Of a stretch of 29,797 bases of DNA, positions 24,212 to 29,797 are shown one piece after another (within the stretch, counting starts at the first letter, position 1; every line of letters starts with the position of its first letter). This DNA is from a virus (lineage: Duplodnaviria; Caudoviricetes): positions 1 through 29,797 of IMG/VR virus record IMGVR_UViG_3300037761_000196; one strand, 5' to 3'. A model generated the notes under the pieces. The model was not told the origin of the DNA and searched no databases. It saw nothing but the letters and a program-made list of their open reading frames with translations. A program made the translations under genes and the position numbers.

Positions 24212-24994
24212 TTAGGCAGTGCCGAGGAGGTCATCGAGGCGCCCGTCATCCTGGGCCTTGACGATCTCTTCCGGCGACATACGGTCGAGGTCTTTGTCCG
24301 TGAGCTGCCGGGGCCTGCCCGCCTTGCGCGCGGCGCCGCCGTCAGCTGTGCCCTGAAACCGTTTGGTGCTTTGCGCTGCCAAGTAGGGCTTGGTTTTGAT
24401 CAGTTCGTCGATGGCGTCTTCGATCTCATCGACGTCGACGTCACCGTCCTCGTCCACCTCGAATGCCGAGAGGTCGAGGAACGTGAGTGCATCCTTCGGG
24501 TCCGCGAGCTTGCCCTTCGCGGCGGCGCGGACTTCGGAGCGCAGGATGCGGGCGTTGGCCTTGGCCGTTGCGGCCTGCTGGACCTTCTGCCGTTCCTGCT
24601 CGGCTTCGTCGCCGCTGCCGGCGGTGAGCTTGCCTTCGGCTTCGCGGCGCTTGGCGCGCTCGGCTCGCAGCTTCTCCTTCATCCGGGCGAGGGCCTTTTC
24701 GCCCTTGGGCCCGAGCGGCGCACCGTCACCGGCGTCCGAGCCCGAGCCCTTGCCGTCTTCTCCGGTGTCGTCGTCCTGGTCGTCGCCGCCGGTGCCGGCG
24801 TCCTCGTCCTGGTCGTCCTCTTCGGAGTCGTCGGCGTCGTCGGCGTCGTCGTCCTGGTCCTCGTCGGCGTCGTCTTCGGCAGCGCCGAGGATGGGCCACA
24901 GCGGGTACAGCTCGGCGTCGTCTTCGCCGGGGCGGGCCTTGCGCCAGCCCAGCGCGCGGGCGCCGGTGACCGGGTGGACAGGCAGAGTGCGCAT
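24212..24994 (-). CDS. Capsid scaffolding protein
   Basis: Acidic N-region, coiled coil, KLADPKDAL...KPYLAA...FQGTADGG; directly upstream of the major capsid gene. Confidence 0.85.
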   Translation of the reverse strand: MRTLPVHPVTGARALGWRKARPGEDDAELYPLWPILGAAEDDADEDQDDDADDADDSEEDDQDEDAGTGGDDQDDDTGEDGKGSGSDAGDGAPLGPKGEKALARMKEKLRAERAKRREAEGKLTAGSGDEAEQERQKVQQAATAKANARILRSEVRAAAKGKLADPKDALTFLDLSAFEVDEDGDVDVDEIEDAIDELIKTKPYLAAQSTKRFQGTADGGAARKAGRPRQLTDKDLDRMSPEEIVKAQDDGRLDDLLGTA

Positions 24995-25004
24995 GGTGGT
25001 GTCT

Positions 25005-25038
25005 CCCGTTGCGGGTGGTGTGGCCGGCGTTGCGCCGG
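25005..25038 (-). promoter_or_regulatory. Tandem G-CAA-C hairpins in the scaffold leader
   Basis: Minus strand CCGGCG-CAA-CGCCGG and CCCG-CAA-CGGG; the second overlaps the SD GGGAG. Confidence 0.55.
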
Positions 25039-26028
25039 TCAGATCAGGTAGGAGTGCAGCCGCAGCATCTCGATCGCCTGTTCGCGGGAGCGGGCGGTGC
25101 GGTAGATCTCCTCAGGGGTGAGCCGCGGGGACTGCAGCCGGCGGCCTCGGCTGGTGGCGCTGCGCGGGATGTCGCCGGCGTCCTGCAGCCGCTGGAACTC
25201 GCGGCGGAAGTGGACACCGCGGCGGGTGGTTCCCTCGCTGGTCGTCGCGGTGAGCTTGCGCCGGTAGGCGCCGGCGCTGCTCATGCCGCGGCGGGCGTTG
25301 ACGACCTGCCCGACGTCGGCGCCGTCCTCGATGGCTTTCGTGCCGTCCTCGCCGAACCGCTTCTGACGCTGGGCCGGTGACATGGCGTCGAAGATCGCCT
25401 CGGGGGACTGCGGGGCCGGCCGGTGCTGGCGGGTGATGGGCTCCATCCCGCACGCGCACCGCGGGTGCCGCAGGAACCCGGAGCTGATGCCGTACTCGCG
25501 GCCGGCCAGCACCGTGCAGCGGCTGCAGGCGCCGGAGGAGACGACCCGGATGTAGGAGGTGACGGCCGGGCGGGTGATCATGCCGACCTGGTCGGCGGCC
25601 CGGCCGGTGTCCGTGATCAGCGTCCGCACGGTCAGGTCCAGCAGCGCCGCTCCTCCGGCCAGGGCCCGCAGCAGCGGCACGCCGTTACCGATCGCGGTCA
25701 GGGCGGTGATGGCGGGGAACAGCAGCGCGGAGGCGAGCGGCCGGCCGTCCAGGGTGGTGCCGGCCAGCGCCTGCGGAGCGAGCCGGTCTGCTTCCGGTGG
25801 CTGGACGTCGCGGCCCAGCAGCTGGATCAGCCACGGCTCGGTGGTCTGCGCGGCGCCGAGCTGCGCGCCGGTGACGGCGGCGAGCGCGGTGGTGAGGTGT
25901 TCTTGCCAGGAGCCGCGGATGTCGTCGGCGTCGATGCGCCGCCACGCCTGCCCGGCAGCTTTGGCGGCGGCGGTGGCGAGGCGTTCGCGCTGCCGCTGGT
26001 GGGTGACCGCCAGCTCGGTGGGGCTCAC
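25039..26028 (-). CDS. MuF-like minor capsid / head morphogenesis protein
   Basis: After the portal. YIRVVSSGACSRCTVLAG...GFLRHPRCAC motif. Confidence 0.8.
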   Translation of the reverse strand: MSPTELAVTHQRQRERLATAAAKAAGQAWRRIDADDIRGSWQEHLTTALAAVTGAQLGAAQTTEPWLIQLLGRDVQPPEADRLAPQALAGTTLDGRPLASALLFPAITALTAIGNGVPLLRALAGGAALLDLTVRTLITDTGRAADQVGMITRPAVTSYIRVVSSGACSRCTVLAGREYGISSGFLRHPRCACGMEPITRQHRPAPQSPEAIFDAMSPAQRQKRFGEDGTKAIEDGADVGQVVNARRGMSSAGAYRRKLTATTSEGTTRRGVHFRREFQRLQDAGDIPRSATSRGRRLQSPRLTPEEIYRTARSREQAIEMLRLHSYLI

Positions 26029-27557
26029 GCCGCGGCCCCAACCTGCTCATCCTCATCCGGCTCGCCTTCGTCCTGGTCGTCCTCGCCGGGCGGCCGGCCG
26101 GGCTGGTCGCCGGCCATGAGCTGGGTGATGGCGCCCATCGGGTCCGCCTCCAGTTCCTTCTCCCGCATCGCCACGACGTCCGCGACCTCCGTCGGCGTGA
26201 GCCCGTACCGAAGCGCCAACCATTGGAACGGGAAACCCAGCGCCTTGAGCTTGGTGAGGGCGTCGGCCATCTGCGCGTGCGACCGGCTCTCGGCGTCCGC
26301 CCACAGCACCGTGCCGGCCCGCAGCGCCCTCGCCTTCGCCTTCTCATCCCGCGCCAGGGCGATCAGCCGGGCGACCTCCCGCAGCCCCACCCCGGACCAC
26401 AGCTCCTTCTCCTCCACCTTCTTCACGAGACCGGTCTCCGCGGCGAGCAGCGCGCCCTCGGCGAGGTTGGCCATCTTGCCGATCAGATAGTGCTGGGGCG
26501 TGCGGGTCTGCGCGGCCAGGTGCCCCACTGCGACCTCGATGACCTGCGTGTAGGCGGCGAGGTTCGCGGCCTGCCACTCGGCGATCTTCGCGTCCTTGCC
26601 GGTGATCCACGCCACCCTGTCCACCTGGAACTTCTCCAGGTTCACGGGCATCTTCCCGATGACCTCACCGGCCGAATTCATCCGGGGGATCATCGGGCGT
26701 TCCGCGCCGAGGATGACCCGCTGCGGAAAGGACGCGTAGTCGGACGCGGTGAACAGCTGCGCCCACAGGAGGTTGATGGCGTCCTGCATGGCGGTGACGC
26801 CGCTGATGTCGCTGATCGGCTCGCCCACCAGGGTGGGCTTGTTCATCAGCTCGACCATCGGCACGAGCCCCATCGGGTTGGGCTGCGGGTTCGGCTCGGT
26901 GTCCAGCTCCCTGGGCTCCCAGGGCCGGCGGCGCTTGGCGCTCTCCGGCAGCCACAGCGCCATCGCCTCGTCCACGTCCGCCATCTGCGGGCTCTTGTCC
27001 TGCCGCTGCATGGGGCGTTCGAACTTCCACAGCTCGTCCGGCAGGTAGAGCGTGGCGAAGTCCTTGTTGCCGTCCTGCCAGCGCTTGAGCGCCGCCCGCC
27101 GGCGGACCCGGGACCCGGGCTCGTAGGCGATGATGCACTGCGACGCGTCCTCGAAGGTGACCACCGGCGTTTCATCGTCGTCCGGATCGCCCCACACCAG
27201 CACGAACGAGCGGGCGCTGTTGACGGAGCCGAGGAAACCCAACTGCGAATCGGCGTCGCAGCCGTTGAGCTTCCATACCTCCCACAGCCCCCTGTCGGCC
27301 TCGGTCTGCCCGGACGCCAGGAACCCGGTCACGGTCATCCGCTCAACCGGGCTGTCCGCGACGACCTGCGTCCAGTTGTCGCTGAAGTCCGCGTACCTGT
27401 CGCCGTGGTACTTCTGGAACTCCGTGCTGGCGTACCGCAACGGGTGCTTGCCCCGGTAGTAGGCATCGTTCCGGTCGATCTCCGTGCGCCGCCGGATCAG
27501 CTCGTTCTCCAGCAGCGCGACCAGCTGCAGCGCCTCCCCATAGGTGGCCACCCGCAC
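26025..27557 (-). CDS. Portal protein (SPP1 gp6-like)
   Basis: DAYYRGKHPL...NWTQVVADSPVERM...NPMGLVPMVEL...FPQRVILG; follows terL. Confidence 0.92.
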   Translation of the reverse strand: MRVATYGEALQLVALLENELIRRRTEIDRNDAYYRGKHPLRYASTEFQKYHGDRYADFSDNWTQVVADSPVERMTVTGFLASGQTEADRGLWEVWKLNGCDADSQLGFLGSVNSARSFVLVWGDPDDDETPVVTFEDASQCIIAYEPGSRVRRRAALKRWQDGNKDFATLYLPDELWKFERPMQRQDKSPQMADVDEAMALWLPESAKRRRPWEPRELDTEPNPQPNPMGLVPMVELMNKPTLVGEPISDISGVTAMQDAINLLWAQLFTASDYASFPQRVILGAERPMIPRMNSAGEVIGKMPVNLEKFQVDRVAWITGKDAKIAEWQAANLAAYTQVIEVAVGHLAAQTRTPQHYLIGKMANLAEGALLAAETGLVKKVEEKELWSGVGLREVARLIALARDEKAKARALRAGTVLWADAESRSHAQMADALTKLKALGFPFQWLALRYGLTPTEVADVVAMREKELEADPMGAITQLMAGDQPGRPPGEDDQDEGEPDEDEQVGAAA

Positions 27558-27572
27558 ACCACCCCCTTTCGG

Positions 27573-29210
27573 TTATGCGCCGTGGTAGTAGGACACTTCG
27601 GCTTCAGCGAGGCCCGCGGCGATGCAGTCCGCCCACGCCTCGTGCGCCAGGATCGACGCCATCGCTGTGTCGATCTTCTGCGGCGGGCTGGCCTTCTTCA
27701 GCAGATACAGACCCGACGGACGCGCCGAGGCACGCGCGTTCTCGATGTGGTCCTGCGCCCACTCGCAGCCGTCGTGCGTGAACGCGCCCGCGCGGCCGTC
27801 GGTGTTGCGCTTGAGGACATCCGTCTTCAGCCGCTCGGCGGCGGCGTACATCTGGACCAGGCGCCGGGTGTGCCAGCGGATGACCCGTTCCTCGCCGTAG
27901 ACGTCGACCCAGTCGTCCACCTCGGTCTCCCAGTACGGAGGGTCCGCGTACATGCGGACCACGTCGTAGCGGCGGAACAGCTGCTCGACAGCGGCCCGGA
28001 CCTCGCCGCGCGGGACCTGCCCGCCGTGGTCGGCCGGGTTCCACACTGTGGGTGTGTCGTCCGGCCCGTATAGCGGCGTGAACTGGTAACCGTCCATCGT
28101 CTGGGCGCGGATCGCGGTCCAGTCGTCCACGTCCGAGCCGTCGAACCCGAGGACCACGCGGGTGAGCGGCGGCACCCGCCGGCGCTGTGCTTTCGCCGCC
28201 CACCGGGCCCCGTCCAGCCAGCTGGAGCTGCCGGCGACGCACCGGTTGCCGTAGAACCGTTCGGCCTGGGCGGGGTCGAGTTCCAGCAGTTCGGCGGCCT
28301 CGGCCTCGATGTTGTCGAGGTCGACGTGCGCACTGCCGGCGTAGACGCACCGGTGGATGCGCCGGCGCTGCCGCTTGTCCCGGTAGGACAACGACTTGGA
28401 GGCCTGCGGGTGGTACCGGAAGATGTCGCGCCGCTTGGACTGCGACGTGGTCTGTGCGACGGAGCCCTCGGAGGGGTCCCACGCGTTGGTGGTCTCCATC
28501 GTCCGGCCGCCCATGCCGGCCGCGCCACGCCGCTGCGTCTCCGCGACCCGGCGCAGTTTGTTCGCCGCCGTGTACAGCCCGGTCTCGTCCTGGCCCGCGA
28601 AGGTGATCGGGTTGCCCAGCCGGGACAGCGCCGAGGAGGTGACGGTCTCGATCATCCCGGCGTCACCGACGCGGGTGAACTCCTCCCCGACCCGCATCAG
28701 GGTGGACATCGGGCCGAGCTTCACCATCTGCTGCAGCGGCCGGTAGACGTTGGCGACCTGGTCCTCCGACGTGGCCGTGAGCTGGATGAGCGGCGTGGCC
28801 CATGGCCGGCCCATAGGCTCGCCCGTCCGGTAGGCGTACCACCAGCCGCACTCGCATCCCCAGTCCGCGCACCGGTACTTCTCCCCACCGGACGCCCAGC
28901 CGCAGAACACCGTGGGGCCGGCGGCCTCGGCCAGGACGATCGTCGCGGACCAGGGGCCCTTGCCGGTCTTCTGCGGCGCCACCACCTGGCTGCGCCGGTA
29001 GAAGAACGCGGACGCCAGCTGACCCGGGCGCGCGCCCGGCTTGATCCGGTAGTGGTTGACGGTGCACCACAGCTGCCACGGGTACAGCTCCAGGTCCTCG
29101 CCGCGGCGGTCGCCGTCGGGGACCGGGCAGTGCGCCTCGATCCAGTCGGGGACGACCCAGAGCGTGGGGAAGTCGACAACGAACCCGTCGGTGGCGTTAG
29201 CCGCCGCCAC
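27573..29210 (-). CDS. terL: Terminase large subunit
   Basis: Walker A VAPQKTGKGP, Walker B FAGQDETG, ETTNA coupling motif, nuclease LGFDGS, KIDTAMA. Confidence 0.93.
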   Translation of the reverse strand: MAAANATDGFVVDFPTLWVVPDWIEAHCPVPDGDRRGEDLELYPWQLWCTVNHYRIKPGARPGQLASAFFYRRSQVVAPQKTGKGPWSATIVLAEAAGPTVFCGWASGGEKYRCADWGCECGWWYAYRTGEPMGRPWATPLIQLTATSEDQVANVYRPLQQMVKLGPMSTLMRVGEEFTRVGDAGMIETVTSSALSRLGNPITFAGQDETGLYTAANKLRRVAETQRRGAAGMGGRTMETTNAWDPSEGSVAQTTSQSKRRDIFRYHPQASKSLSYRDKRQRRRIHRCVYAGSAHVDLDNIEAEAAELLELDPAQAERFYGNRCVAGSSSWLDGARWAAKAQRRRVPPLTRVVLGFDGSDVDDWTAIRAQTMDGYQFTPLYGPDDTPTVWNPADHGGQVPRGEVRAAVEQLFRRYDVVRMYADPPYWETEVDDWVDVYGEERVIRWHTRRLVQMYAAAERLKTDVLKRNTDGRAGAFTHDGCEWAQDHIENARASARPSGLYLLKKASPPQKIDTAMASILAHEAWADCIAAGLAEAEVSYYHGA

Positions 29211-29679
29211 CTTCGATGACCTTCATCCGGTCGCGCGCCGACCGCCGCGGCGGGTGCCCCTCGTCACCGCCGTCGGGGGCGGCCGGCTCCTCCGGTGCGT
29301 CCGGCGGCGCGATCCGCCACCGGTTGCGCAGCATCCCGGAGACCGAAAGGCCCAGGCTGTCGAGGTAGCCGCGCAGCTGCTTGCGCCGCTCGCTGCTCGC
29401 GCCGGGTTCCTCGGCTTCCACCAGAGTGCGGACCAGCAGGGCGACTTCCAGTTCCTGGCCCATCGCCTCCCAGGCGACGGCCTGCGGGCGGGACCACAGC
29501 TCCCGCCACACGTCGAACTCGCGGACCGTCGCGTCGGTCAGCGGCCACACGGGCGCCGGGCCTGCCCGGCCGCCGGCGGGCAGGACGGTCCAGCCCGCCT
29601 TGTCCTGCGGCCGTTCCCGCCGCAGGGCGTTCGGGTCCGGCGCCGGGCCGGACCGGGCACGTGCTCCGCCTCGGGCCAT
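29197..29679 (-). CDS. terS: Terminase small subunit
   Basis: SD GGGAGGTG. SGPAPDPNALRR...WRELWSRPQAVAW...LGLSVSGMLRNRWRI; overlaps terL. Confidence 0.85.
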   Translation of the reverse strand: MARGGARARSGPAPDPNALRRERPQDKAGWTVLPAGGRAGPAPVWPLTDATVREFDVWRELWSRPQAVAWEAMGQELEVALLVRTLVEAEEPGASSERRKQLRGYLDSLGLSVSGMLRNRWRIAPPDAPEEPAAPDGGDEGHPPRRSARDRMKVIEGGGG

Positions 29680-29695
29680 CGTCGTTCACCTCCCG

Positions 29696-29737
29696 GCCGC
29701 GTTGCGCGGCATCGAGCACCATCACGTTGCGTGACGG
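29696..29737 (-). promoter_or_regulatory. Tandem G-CAA-C hairpins in the terS leader
   Basis: Minus strand CCGTCACG-CAA-CGTGATGG and GCCGCG-CAA-CGCGGC immediately before the SD. Confidence 0.55.
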
Positions 29738-29797
29738 CTGGGGGTCCGGGGGGACCCCTTTGAACCTGACGGACCTTCCGGAGCCCTCCCCCGCGTT

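Noticed and set aside
24770-24880. GTCGTC/GACGAC low-complexity repeats
   Set aside because: They encode the Asp/Glu-rich tract of the scaffold and are not an independent repeat element.
13770-28482. Long alternative-frame ORFs across the late operon (e.g. 13770..15935, 16890..18044, 26223..28073)
   Set aside because: Shadow frames of well-supported structural genes, with no recognisable motifs.
1-29797. bldA-dependent TTA codons, CRISPR arrays, tRNA/rRNA genes
   Set aside because: The TAA/TTA triplets I checked by eye were out of frame in the called genes. No regularly spaced repeat array or cloverleaf was seen. The manual scan is not exhaustive.

Overview
High-GC actinobacterial temperate siphovirus, most likely of Streptomyces or a close relative (inferred from the holin, endolysin and regulator sequence types). 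The window covers most of the genome. From left to right: (1) a probable IS21-type element end (1-100) interrupting a Cys-rich early gene; (2) a leftward early operon of translationally coupled hypothetical genes; (3) a divergent cro/cI-like switch; (4) a membrane protein coupled to a large serine integrase, followed by an apparently intact attP-like imperfect palindrome; (5) a 3.6-kb accessory cassette (NUDIX hydrolase, micro-ORFs, XRE-HTH regulator with a helical-repeat C-terminal domain); (6) the minus-strand late operon read from the right end: terS, terL, portal, MuF-like protein, scaffold, major capsid, two decoration-like proteins, head-tail genes, major tail, tail chaperone with a -1 frameshift, a short tape measure, one 1290-aa multi-domain tail protein, a small Acb2/Tad1-like helical protein, an amidase-LysM endolysin and holins. 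No replication module is in view. All family assignments come from motif recognition and synteny; no database searches were run.
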